Source: Alkalihalobacillus sp. LMS6 | GTDB taxonomy: Bacteria > Bacillota > Bacilli > Bacillales > Bacillaceae_D | Reading direction: 5' to 3' | NCBI RefSeq assembly: GCF_024362765.1 | Contig: NZ_CP093302.1 | Coordinates: 2,331,564-2,355,563 of the forward strand | Length of the DNA stretch: 24,000 bases | Shown: positions 16,613-24,000 of the stretch, in pieces | How positions within the stretch are numbered: position 1 is the stretch's first letter | How the letters are laid out: each line of letters starts with the position of its first letter | Notes under the pieces: model-generated | Seen by the model: the letters and a program-made list of their open reading frames with translations, nothing else | Databases searched by the model: none | Told to the model about the DNA's origin: nothing | Translations under genes and position numbers: made by a program

Positions 16613-17017
16613 TTATTCAACTTCTTCTTCAATTGGTGCATTTGGTGTATCAAAATACACGCCTACGACATGAACGTTAATTTCTGTAAGCTGAATCGCA
16701 GTCATCGTTTCAAGGGCTTGCTGGATGTTTAATTGAATTAACTTTGCGACTTCAGGTACAGATGCTCCATAAGCAATAACAATGGAAACATCAACATTAA
16801 TGCCTTCTTCATTTAAATCTACTTTTACACCTTTACCATGATTCTTACGGCCTAAACGCTCTGCAACATCAGCAGCAAAATTGCCGCGTAATGCCGCTAC
16901 GCCTTCAATCTCTTGAGTAGCAATACCTGCAATGACCTCAATCACTTCAGGTGAAATTTCGACTTTCCCTAACCCGCTTTTTTCTTCATCTAATTCTAAT
17001 AACTGATGATCTTCCAT
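16613..17017 (-). CDS. yqhY: Asp23/Gls24-family alkaline-shock-like protein, 134 aa
   Basis: The track ORF was trimmed to ATG 17017 (MEDHQLLELDEEKSGLGKVEISPEVIEVIAGIATQEIEGVAAL...), with SD AAAGGAG 8 nt upstream. The core is typical of the Asp23 family. Its position after accC matches B. subtilis yqhY. Confidence 0.9.
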   Translation of the reverse strand: MEDHQLLELDEEKSGLGKVEISPEVIEVIAGIATQEIEGVAALRGNFAADVAERLGRKNHGKGVKVDLNEEGINVDVSIVIAYGASVPEVAKLIQLNIQQALETMTAIQLTEINVHVVGVYFDTPNAPIEEEVE

Positions 17018-17030
17018 CTTTAACACTCCT

Positions 17031-18392
17031 TTACGATTGTTTCGCTGGCATCACTTCATATTCTTCAATGAATTTCGTATTGAAATCCCCTGAAATAAAC
17101 TTCTCATGATTAAACAAATGTAAATGAAATGGAATCGTTGTGTCCACTCCGTCTACTTCAAATTCTTCAAGAGCTCGCTTCATTTTGGCGATCGCCTCTT
17201 CTCTTGTCTCACCATGAGTAATCACTTTGGCAATCATAGAATCATAGAACGGACTAATTTTATAGCCAGGGTAAGCTGCTGAATCAACTCTCACGCCAAA
17301 TCCACCAGGTGCTAAATAGTCTTGGATCGTTCCAGGAGATGGCATAAAATTCTTAAATGGGTTTTCGGCGTTAATTCGGCATTCAATGGACCAACCTTTA
17401 AACGTTACTTCCTCTTGTTTGACGGAAAGTGTCTCATTGTTTGCTATGCGAATCTGCTCTTTTACTAAGTCTATTCCTGTAACCATTTCGGTTACCGGAT
17501 GTTCAACTTGTATCCGAGTATTCATTTCCATAAAGTAATAGTTCCCAGTATGGTGGTCATAGATAAATTCGACAGTGCCCGCGCCTGAGTATTCTACCGC
17601 TTTTGCTGCCGCTACTGCCGCTTCTCCCATTTCCGCACGTTTCTCTGACGTTAGTGCAGGAGACGGGGTTTCTTCAACAAGTTTTTGCAATCGACGTTGA
17701 ATCGAACAATCGCGCTCACCTAAATGAATCGTATTCCCAAAATTATCTGCTAGAACCTGAATTTCTACGTGACGAAAATCTTCAATATATTTTTCTAAAT
17801 AAACGCCAGGATTTCCAAAAGCAGTAGCTGCTTCTTGTTGCGTCACTTCAAGCCCAGATTTCAATTCTTTTTCATCACGAGCTACGCGAATCCCTTTTCC
17901 GCCACCGCCAGCAGTCGCTTTAATAATCACTGGGTATCCAATGGTATTCGCAACTTCTTTGGCATCTTCGTATGATTCAACAATTCCTTCAGAACCGGGA
18001 ACAACTGGTACACCAGCAGCTTTCATCGTTTCTCTCGCGACATCTTTTGTCCCCATTTTGCTAATTGCCGAAGGACTCGGCCCAATAAACGTAATGTTGC
18101 AATCCCCGCAGATTTCTGCAAAATTGGCATTCTCCGAAAGAAATCCATAACCTGGGTGGATCGCGTCCGTCTCTGTAAGCGTTGCGACACTCATTAAGTT
18201 TGTAAAGTTTAAATAGCTTTTTGCTGAGGCCGTCGGTCCGATACAAAATGCTTCATCTGCTAATTGCACGTGTAATGCATCTGCATCTGCTTCAGAAAAG
18301 ACTGCAACGGTTTCAATCCCTAGCTCCTTACATGCGCGGATAATACGTACCGCAATTTCTCCTCGATTTGCAATTAAGACTCTTTTTATCAT
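17031..18392 (-). CDS. accC: Acetyl-CoA carboxylase biotin carboxylase subunit, 453 aa
   Basis: The translation starts [39 protein letters not shown]-grasp motifs are present ([32 protein letters not shown]). Confidence 0.97.
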   Translation of the reverse strand: MIKRVLIANRGEIAVRIIRACKELGIETVAVFSEADADALHVQLADEAFCIGPTASAKSYLNFTNLMSVATLTETDAIHPGYGFLSENANFAEICGDCNITFIGPSPSAISKMGTKDVARETMKAAGVPVVPGSEGIVESYEDAKEVANTIGYPVIIKATAGGGGKGIRVARDEKELKSGLEVTQQEAATAFGNPGVYLEKYIEDFRHVEIQVLADNFGNTIHLGERDCSIQRRLQKLVEETPSPALTSEKRAEMGEAAVAAAKAVEYSGAGTVEFIYDHHTGNYYFMEMNTRIQVEHPVTEMVTGIDLVKEQIRIANNETLSVKQEEVTFKGWSIECRINAENPFKNFMPSPGTIQDYLAPGGFGVRVDSAAYPGYKISPFYDSMIAKVITHGETREEAIAKMKRALEEFEVDGVDTTIPFHLHLFNHEKFISGDFNTKFIEEYEVMPAKQS

Positions 18393-18411
18393 AACGTGTC
18401 CTCGCCCCTAG

Positions 18412-18903
18412 TTATTGACGTTCCACAACCATTAATGGCTGACCATACTCTACAAGCTCACCGTTTTCGGCAACGATTTCTACAATTTTCCCTTTTGTTT
18501 CAGATACGATTGGATTCATTAGCTTCATCGCTTCTACAATACAGACGACAGTATCTTCATTAACCGCATCTCCTTCTTGTACATAAGGGTCGGCATCTGG
18601 AGAAGGCGCCGAATAAAACGTTCCTACCATAGGCGATGTCACGGTAATTAAATTTTTGTTGTCTTCTTTTGTTTCCACTACCGTTTCTGTCTCAACATTT
18701 GTCTCTTCAACCACTCGTGTATCGTGAGTCGGTACACTTTTAGCAGACGGTTGAGCTGCAACCTGGAGAGGTTGTTCGGCAACTTGAACAGCGACTTGTT
18801 TTTTTAATGAAAGTTTCACATTGTCTTGTTCTAATTCTAACTCATTAATGGACGATTCATGCAGTGCATCTATTAAACTTTTAATTTCTTCAACTTTTAA
18901 CAT
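18412..18903 (-). CDS. accB: Biotin carboxyl carrier protein of acetyl-CoA carboxylase, 163 aa
   Basis: The track ORF was trimmed to ATG 18903 (MLKVEEIKSLIDALHESSINELELEQ...), with SD AAGGAG upstream. The biotinylation motif is CIVEAMKLMN. A Pro/Ala-rich linker is present. Confidence 0.93.
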   Translation of the reverse strand: MLKVEEIKSLIDALHESSINELELEQDNVKLSLKKQVAVQVAEQPLQVAAQPSAKSVPTHDTRVVEETNVETETVVETKEDNKNLITVTSPMVGTFYSAPSPDADPYVQEGDAVNEDTVVCIVEAMKLMNPIVSETKGKIVEIVAENGELVEYGQPLMVVERQ

Positions 18904-18994
18904 AGCAATACAACTCCTTATTTCGTTCATATCATTGAACAAACTCAATTTACTACTTCTCTATTAGCAACGTCATTTCCTTTATGTATCTTTC

Positions 18995-19032
18995 TCATTG
19001 TAAACAAAGAGGAAAGAGGGTTTCCCCTCTTT
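18995..19032 (-). terminator. Hairpin terminator after the acidic orphan gene
   Basis: The minus strand reads AAAGAGGG-GAAA-CCCTCTTT (19032-19013) followed by CCTCTTTGTTT. The stem overlaps the stop codon by 2 nt. Confidence 0.6.
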
Positions 19033-19378
19033 ACTCAGCTGGTTCTGTTGGATTGTTTGCTTCACTTTTATATTGGCGAAATACTGGAAATTCGGAGAGG
19101 TTGTCCGGAATCTTTCCATTTTCAAGCACAATAATCTTGACGATATTTTTATTTCTTGCCATATGGAACTTATCGCCATATTCATTTTCTTGCGTATACT
19201 GTTTTAAATTTGCGTAGTCTTCTTCTTGAATAGACACTTTATAGGAGTCCCCATCTTCATCTTCCACTTCTTCTGCGAACCCTACTTCAAATTCTACAAT
19301 TTGTATGTGATCGTTTTTAATGTTTCTTGTTTGCTCAAGGACAGCCTTTGCCCCTTCAGTTAAATCGGACCAATCCAT
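19031..19378 (-). CDS. Hypothetical small acidic cytoplasmic protein, 115 aa, with no family recognised
   Basis: The track ORF (147 aa) was trimmed to ATG 19378 (MDWSDLTEGAKAVLEQTRNIKNDH...), with SD AAGGAGAG 7 nt upstream. It is rich in Asp/Glu (AEEVEDEDGDSYKVSIQEEDY) and has no hydrophobic segment. It is flanked by terminators on both sides. Confidence 0.7.
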   Translation of the reverse strand: MDWSDLTEGAKAVLEQTRNIKNDHIQIVEFEVGFAEEVEDEDGDSYKVSIQEEDYANLKQYTQENEYGDKFHMARNKNIVKIIVLENGKIPDNLSEFPVFRQYKSEANNPTEPAE

Positions 19379-19412
19379 TACAATCTCTCCTTGTTTCATT
19401 CTACATTGCTGT

Positions 19413-19421
19413 ATTATACCA
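19413..19421 (-). promoter_or_regulatory. Extended -10 element (TGGTATAAT), candidate SigA promoter of the acidic orphan gene
   Basis: A perfect TGnTATAAT on the minus strand, about 35 nt upstream of ATG 19378 and immediately downstream of the spoIIIA terminator. Confidence 0.45.
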
Positions 19422-19450
19422 TGTGTGAAGAGTGATTGCATGCTCAATCT

Positions 19451-19482
19451 AAAAGAGAGCTTGAATTGCTTCAAGCTCTCTT
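19451..19482 (-). terminator. Rho-independent terminator of the spoIIIA operon
   Basis: A 13-bp perfect stem AAGAGAGCTTGAA / TTCAAGCTCTCTT (19453-19465 / 19470-19482) with a 4-nt loop. On the minus strand a T4 run is formed by the last two stem T's plus two unpaired T's. It starts 5 nt after the spoIIIAH stop. Confidence 0.85.
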
Positions 19483-19486
19483 CCCT

Positions 19487-20041
19487 TTATTCTCCATGTT
19501 TGACTAATACTTGATCTTGTTCAGTTAAACTTAGTTCTTCACGAGCTAAAGACATAATGGTAAGAGCTTCCGTTTTGGAAAGAGCATCGGCTTGCACCAT
19601 AATTTCTACTTTATCATCCGCTGTCATAACAAGCGCATCTGAATAGCCAATTTCTTTAATTAATTCTTCAAGCTGTTCTTCCACATCTGTAAATGCTAGA
19701 ACGTCAAGCGCACGATCGTTTGCTTCCACTACTTCATCTGCTGAACTTTCTTCACTCGACGCTTCACGAGAAAATTGTTCTGCTTCTTTTAAACGCACTT
19801 CATCACGCTTTAAACGCGCTTCAGTCATTGTATCGCTACCAGACACTTGGCTAAGAAGATCATCATTCGTTTCGTCTTCCCCTTCTTCATCACCAAGTTC
19901 ATCAACGATTTGACGGGCTTCATCCATCATCGATCCAGAGCTTGCTTGATCATCTGAATCATTTATGACGTAATAAGCACCTAGTACAAGCATTAAACTT
20001 AACATTGTTAGCAACCAGACTGTTTGTTTTTTTAAGACCAT
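19487..20041 (-). CDS. spoIIIAH: Stage III sporulation protein AH (feeding-tube/channel component), 184 aa
   Basis: The track ORF was trimmed to ATG 20041 (MVLKKQTVWLLTMLSLMLVLGAYYV...), with SD GAGGAGG upstream. This N-terminus closely matches my memory of B. subtilis SpoIIIAH. An acidic linker and a YscJ/FliF-like C-terminal domain follow. Confidence 0.92.
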   Translation of the reverse strand: MVLKKQTVWLLTMLSLMLVLGAYYVINDSDDQASSGSMMDEARQIVDELGDEEGEDETNDDLLSQVSGSDTMTEARLKRDEVRLKEAEQFSREASSEESSADEVVEANDRALDVLAFTDVEEQLEELIKEIGYSDALVMTADDKVEIMVQADALSKTEALTIMSLAREELSLTEQDQVLVKHGE

Positions 20042-20045
20042 TTCT

Positions 20046-20690
20046 TTATTCCTCCTCGATTTTTCTTGGTAATACGGAGACACGATGTGGCGCAACGTCT
20101 AGTAAGCGTGTGACGGCTTCAATAACAAACGCTTTCACTTGAACATTCTCCACGCCTTCAGCTACAACAAGTACGCCTGCGACTGTCGGTTTTTCCGTAG
20201 AACTTATGAGCGCTTCTTCTTTATCTCCGTTTCGGATAATCACAACGGATTCTTCTTCCTGTACATCTTCTACTTGACGAGTACCGCCTTCTCGATCCGT
20301 TTCTGAAGTTGTTTGTTTTCCTGATCGAACGTTGGTCTCGTACACATTTCTTTCTGAATCAGCAAGATTCACATTAACCGAAACAGCGTTTACGCCAACA
20401 ATTTCAGCTAATAAATCCCTTAACTCGTTTTCATAACGCATCTCATAATCTTCCATTGAGTTTTTTTCTGATTCCCTTGCAAACGTTGGTACTGCTTCTT
20501 CGTCCTCTTCAGGTGCAACAGTTGGAATGTCACCTGAATCTGGTTGATACAGTTGACCGAAAAGCATGAACAGGACGCCTATGCCGCCTAAGAGTAAAAT
20601 ATACCTGGGCGAAATTTTGCGTTTTTTTTTATCGGGCTGTTTCGGCAACCATTTCTTAAACCAATCTGTATCTTTCGCTTCGTTATTCAT
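20046..20690 (-). CDS. spoIIIAG: Stage III sporulation protein AG, 214 aa
   Basis: It has a basic N-terminus, one TM segment (ILLLGGIGVLFMLFG) and the conserved C-terminal ring-forming region (PTVAGVLVVAEGVENVQVK...RVSVLPRK). The operon position fits. Confidence 0.93.
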   Translation of the reverse strand: MNNEAKDTDWFKKWLPKQPDKKKRKISPRYILLLGGIGVLFMLFGQLYQPDSGDIPTVAPEEDEEAVPTFARESEKNSMEDYEMRYENELRDLLAEIVGVNAVSVNVNLADSERNVYETNVRSGKQTTSETDREGGTRQVEDVQEEESVVIIRNGDKEEALISSTEKPTVAGVLVVAEGVENVQVKAFVIEAVTRLLDVAPHRVSVLPRKIEEE

Positions 20691-21303
20691 TCACCCATCC
20701 CCCTTCCTCTCTAAGCGTAATGACTGAACTCGGCACTTCCCAAATGGTTGCTAACATGGAGATTACGTCCTCATCTTCATAAGACCGTGCTTCTTCCTCA
20801 GGTTCCGTCTCCCCAATAACAATGGAAACTGGTTTAACATCCCCTGATTGCGCTGTGCTTGTACCCTCGCCTTCTTGATAAGGGGCGATGGCCACTTCGA
20901 TATGCGTGAATTCCCCATCGTTACCTTGCACCAGAGAAAGGTCCGTGACCATGACATCTAGTTCATCTTTCAAGTCTTTACTTGCTTGGTCTTTTAATTG
21001 GACAGCCACTTGTTCAGATGTATATGCATCAAAGAACTTTTCTATATCTTTTTTTTGAGAATTTATTTCTTCCTCCATATCCATTTCCGCTCTTAAGTCT
21101 TGTTGAATAACGGTATGTAGCCATTCATCAGGGTCTTCATAAAAAATTTTTAACACAGGTTGCAGTAAGAAAAGGAGCAACAACAGGCTGACCGTTATTT
21201 TTACGTAATTTTTTAAGTTGGTGTTCGGTAAAGCCATTTCTAAGACAACCGCTAAAATGATCAGAATGACAATCGACGTGATCCACTCATTAATAAAGTC
21301 CAT
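20683..21303 (-). CDS. spoIIIAF: Stage III sporulation protein AF, 206 aa
   Basis: The N-terminus MDFINEWITSIVILIILAVVLEMALPN is followed by a second TM segment and then an acidic soluble domain. It overlaps the spoIIIAG start by 8 nt. Confidence 0.9.
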   Translation of the reverse strand: MDFINEWITSIVILIILAVVLEMALPNTNLKNYVKITVSLLLLLFLLQPVLKIFYEDPDEWLHTVIQQDLRAEMDMEEEINSQKKDIEKFFDAYTSEQVAVQLKDQASKDLKDELDVMVTDLSLVQGNDGEFTHIEVAIAPYQEGEGTSTAQSGDVKPVSIVIGETEPEEEARSYEDEDVISMLATIWEVPSSVITLREEGGWVNE

Positions 21304-21315
21304 GTCATCACTCCC

Positions 21316-22503
21316 TTACCGCATCATAAATGCAATATTACTCGCCGCAACCATAATCGTAATCGCTAGAAAAAACATAAACCCAATTAATACCATTGCT
21401 GCAAAGATATACATGACCGCTTTGCCAATAATAGATAAACACTCAATAATGGCTCCATTTCCTAATGGTTGTAAAACCGCTGCCGATAGTTGAAAAATCA
21501 AGGCGATCGACAGAACTTTAATTGCAGGGAATGCACAAATTGCGAGCAACATCACTAAGCCGCCCATGCCAATCGTATTTTTCAGTAATAATGAAGCACT
21601 CATGACCGTGTCTGTCGCATCTGTGAACATCCGTCCAACTACAGGGATAAAGTTACCTGCTATAAATTTAGCGGCTCTAAGCGTCAACCCGTCTGCTGCT
21701 GCAGCCGTCGTCCCTTGAACGGAAACTGCTCCAAGAAAAACGGTCATAAAGACGCCAAGTAAACCTAAAGCAACGGTTCGAAATAAAGTCGCTAATTTTG
21801 TCACTTTATAATCGTCTGAAAAGGTGCTGACAATCCCAAGCACAGCTGATATAAACAACATCGGCAACACAAACGTTTTAACTAGAATGCCGCTCGTATG
21901 CACGAGAAAAATGATGACAGGATGAAACAGCGCCGAACTCGATAGCCCGCCTAATGAAGCCATTAGCGCAATTAACATCGGTAAGAGGGCTATGGAGAAA
22001 TGGACCATTGTATCAATCGCTTCTATGGCATAGGTCATGGCACTATGAAACCCGTTCATAGCGATCATGCATAACACGAGTAAGGTGACAGCATATGCGG
22101 TTTTGCTAACAGTATGTTGTTCAAAAGCATTTTGAAACGACTGCAGGATATAAGAAAAAATCGTCAACAGTAAAATCATTCCGAGTAATTTCCCGTTCAA
22201 AATAAGCTCATGCAGCAAATACTTCAAAAAACCGATAAACCATTCTTTTAAATCAAACGTCTTTTCACCAGTTAAAAAATCAGTGAAAGAACCTTTTTGA
22301 CTTTCAGGTAAAAAACCACCGTACTCATCAACAATTTGATTCCAGTACGCTTGCACTTCATCCATTTTTAATAAGTCGATTTGTTCCTCAACAAGTTCAT
22401 TGATCGCCTCGTTCGGGTCTTCTTCAGCGGCGAATGCTGTCTGCTGAAAAACAGGAAAAAAAAGCATAAGAATGACAATGATAAAAGCGGCTTTGATTTT
22501 CAA
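21316..22503 (-). CDS. spoIIIAE: Stage III sporulation protein AE (polytopic membrane), 395 aa
   Basis: It has a signal peptide ending FQQTAFA, followed by about 7 TM segments. The operon position and length (remembered as about 399 aa in B. subtilis) fit. Confidence 0.95.
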   Translation of the reverse strand: MKIKAAFIIVILMLFFPVFQQTAFAAEEDPNEAINELVEEQIDLLKMDEVQAYWNQIVDEYGGFLPESQKGSFTDFLTGEKTFDLKEWFIGFLKYLLHELILNGKLLGMILLLTIFSYILQSFQNAFEQHTVSKTAYAVTLLVLCMIAMNGFHSAMTYAIEAIDTMVHFSIALLPMLIALMASLGGLSSSALFHPVIIFLVHTSGILVKTFVLPMLFISAVLGIVSTFSDDYKVTKLATLFRTVALGLLGVFMTVFLGAVSVQGTTAAAADGLTLRAAKFIAGNFIPVVGRMFTDATDTVMSASLLLKNTIGMGGLVMLLAICAFPAIKVLSIALIFQLSAAVLQPLGNGAIIECLSIIGKAVMYIFAAMVLIGFMFFLAITIMVAASNIAFMMR

Positions 22504-22518
22504 TTATGCTTGTCCTCC

Positions 22519-22908
22519 TTACGACGGGAGTAGAGCGAGTATCATCTCAATCACTGCTTTAATGATTGGAATCGCGAGAACGAGTATAAAAATCTTTCCA
22601 GCTAATTCAATTTTGCTCGCTATCGCTGCATGACCAGCATCCCGTGAAATTTGCGCACCAAATTCTGCAATATAGGCAATTCCAATGATTTTTAAAATTG
22701 TTTGCAAGTAAACTGTATGAATATTTGCTTGTGCGGCCAAGTCTTGAATAAGCTGAATCACACTCGCAATTTCATCTAGTAAAAATAAAAAGATGAGCGC
22801 GCCTACAAACATCGTTAACAGAAACGCAAAAACAGGCTTCTGTTCTTTCACAATTAAAGCTAAGAACGTGGCGATAAGACCTAAACCGACAATCTGTACG
22901 ATTTCAAT
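22519..22908 (-). CDS. spoIIIAD: Stage III sporulation protein AD, ~129 aa, with probable non-canonical ATT (or ATC 22902) initiation
   Basis: The track ORF starts at GTG 22851, which has no SD. The in-frame upstream codons (open from the spoIIIAC TAA stop) encode IEIVQIVGLGLIATFLALIV. This is a TM helix matching my memory of the B. subtilis SpoIIIAD N-terminus (MQIDIVQIVGLGLIATFLSLIVKEQKP). SD GGAGGGGA lies about 6-9 nt upstream of ATT 22908. The C-terminal part IGIAYIAEFGAQISRDAGHAAIASKIELAGK is classic SpoIIIAD. Confidence 0.8.
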   Translation of the reverse strand: MEIVQIVGLGLIATFLALIVKEQKPVFAFLLTMFVGALIFLFLLDEIASVIQLIQDLAAQANIHTVYLQTILKIIGIAYIAEFGAQISRDAGHAAIASKIELAGKIFILVLAIPIIKAVIEMILALLPS

Positions 22909-22929
22909 CGCTGATCCCCTCCGCTCTTC

Positions 22930-23136
22930 TTAAGCTTGAAATAAAAACACGCTTCTAATTTTTTGAAATAAATCATCGACAATCGTCGCCACCATATAAA
23001 GGACGACAACGAATCCAATTAACGTCACCCAGTGAGCCCAGTCTTCTTTTCCCATTTGTTTAAGTACTGTATGGAGCATGGCGACAATAATGCCAATTCC
23101 AGCTATTTGAAAGATTGTATTTACATCGTAGGCCAC
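22930..23136 (-). CDS. spoIIIAC: Stage III sporulation protein AC, 68 aa, GTG start
   Basis: The product reads (M)AYDVNTIFQIAGIGIIVAMLHTVLKQMGKEDWAHWVTLIGFVVVLYMVATIVDDLFQKIRSVFLFQA. This is close to my memory of B. subtilis SpoIIIAC. SD AAAGGAGG lies upstream. Confidence 0.93.
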   Translation of the reverse strand: MAYDVNTIFQIAGIGIIVAMLHTVLKQMGKEDWAHWVTLIGFVVVLYMVATIVDDLFQKIRSVFLFQA

Positions 23137-23165
23137 GTCACTGTTCCTCCTTTAGTCCATCTCCA

Positions 23166-23678
23166 CTACATCATGAGAATGACGATTAACAAACCAGCTA
23201 AAACGCCTAATGCTTTATACATTTTCTCGTAACGCGCTTGGATGCTTTTCGCCTCTTCTTCATCTCTTTCTAAATGTGTCTGCGTAAGTTTTAACTGTTT
23301 TTGTTGATGAACCCTGTCCATCGTTCCAAGAGTCGCACCGAATTGTAGCAAGACCTCTTTTTCTTTTTCTTGTAAAGAAAGATCTTTCCACGTATCATGA
23401 ATCGCTGTTTCCCATGCATCTTTTGCTGTCGCTTTCTTTTCCGCTAAACGGCGAGAAAACGTTGCAAATAAAGCGGCAACTGGACCTTTTAATTGCTCAG
23501 CAATATTTTGTGAAGCTTTTGCCAAAGGCGTCTGCCCGTACAACATCTCCGCTTCAAGAGACTGGAGTGCAGACCGTAGCTGGCGAATATGGCGCGGTCG
23601 CTCTTGTAATAAACGAGCTTGATAAAACCCGTATATAGTCGTACAACCGATAATTAAAAGTGCACCTAGCCATCTCAT
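23166..23678 (-). CDS. spoIIIAB: Stage III sporulation protein AB, 170 aa
   Basis: It has an N-terminal TM segment (MRWLGALLIIGCTTIYGF), a helical cytoplasmic domain and a C-terminal TM segment (LGVLAGLLIVILMM). Its ATG overlaps the spoIIIAA stop (ATGA). Confidence 0.93.
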   Translation of the reverse strand: MRWLGALLIIGCTTIYGFYQARLLQERPRHIRQLRSALQSLEAEMLYGQTPLAKASQNIAEQLKGPVAALFATFSRRLAEKKATAKDAWETAIHDTWKDLSLQEKEKEVLLQFGATLGTMDRVHQQKQLKLTQTHLERDEEEAKSIQARYEKMYKALGVLAGLLIVILMM

Positions 23679-24000
23679 GATGGCTTAACCAATGTTGGTA
23701 TTCGAATTTTATTAATCGCACCTGGATAGGGCGTGCGCCCGACTTCAACCACTCGATCAAACGCTTGTTCATTTAGAAGTTGTTTAAAAATTGGACGCTT
23801 ATAGACTTCTTCAAATGAACGACCATGTGCAGTCGCCATTAAAACGACTCCTGCATGCCTTGCCTCTAGAATGGCATATGCATCTTCTTCTCGACCTACT
23901 TCATCCACAATCATGACTTGCGGCGACATTGATCGAATCATCATCATCATGCCTTCTGCTTTTGGACAGCCATCTAATACGTCTGCCCTTGTTCCTAATT
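23675..24000 (-). CDS. spoIIIAA: Stage III sporulation protein AA (AAA+ secretion-type ATPase), C-terminal part only. The start lies beyond the window end.
   Basis: The frame is open from base 24000: ...LGTRADVLDGCPKAEGMMMMIRSMSPQVMIVDEVGREEDAYAILEARHAGVVLMATAHG.... It contains Walker B VMIVDE and matches the remembered SpoIIIAA C-terminus. The 91-aa track ORF is only the portion after an internal Met. Confidence 0.9.
   Translation of the reverse strand, partial: LGTRADVLDGCPKAEGMMMMIRSMSPQVMIVDEVGREEDAYAILEARHAGVVLMATAHGRSFEEVYKRPIFKQLLNEQAFDRVVEVGRTPYPGAINKIRIPTLVKPS

Noticed and set aside
20683-21303. Search for an internal SigE-type promoter within spoIIIAF that would drive spoIIIAG-AH, as described for B. 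subtilis
   Set aside because: The best candidates are CATACCGT near 21113 and ATACATCT near 21020 on the minus strand. Each misses key positions of CATACAnT and lacks a convincing -35 (kmATAtt) at the right spacing. I cannot support a call from sequence alone.
1-24000. Scan for CRISPR repeats, IS/transposon ends, integrase or recombinase genes, tRNA/rRNA genes, toxin-antitoxin pairs, or defence-island-like gene clusters
   Set aside because: I found none. Coding density is high. Every sizeable ORF but two belongs to a recognisable housekeeping or sporulation family in conserved order. Intergenic regions are short and are accounted for by promoters and terminators. There is no support for a novel multi-gene system in this window.

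Overview
This window is a densely packed, almost entirely minus-strand stretch of core chromosome from an endospore-forming Bacillaceae-type Firmicute. Read along the minus strand (from coordinate 24000 down to 1), the gene order is: spoIIIAA (partial)-AB-AC-AD-AE-AF-AG-AH | small acidic orphan | accB-accC-yqhY | nusB-xseA-xseB-ispA | dxs-yqxC | argR-recN | spoIVB | spo0A | unknown membrane protein. Next comes yqzF on the plus strand, then bkdR | bcd-lpdV (partial). This matches my memory of the B. subtilis 168 spoIIIA-to-bkd region, with four differences. There is no folD between nusB and xseA. There are no ptb or buk genes in the bkd operon. A different gene sits where yqhV would be. The spo0A-bkdR interval is collapsed to about 1.3 kb. 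I corrected many ORF-track starts using Shine-Dalgarno position and remembered ortholog N-termini. I also mapped rho-independent terminators that split the window into about 10 transcription units. Recognisable promoters include a sigma-54 -24/-12 element before bcd, a SigH element overlapping a 0A box before spo0A, and a near-consensus SigG-type element before the unknown membrane protein. I found no CRISPR array, mobile element, rRNA/tRNA gene, defence-island signature or large repeat, and no evidence for a novel multi-gene system. The items most worth a second look are local. They are the forespore-type promoter plus uncharacterised polytopic membrane protein downstream of spo0A and the nested palindrome overlapping it. 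The others are an apparent non-canonical ATT start for spoIIIAD, the minimal sigma-54 bkd operon, and the acidic orphan gene between spoIIIAH and accB. All homology statements come from reading the translations and from memory, not from database searches.
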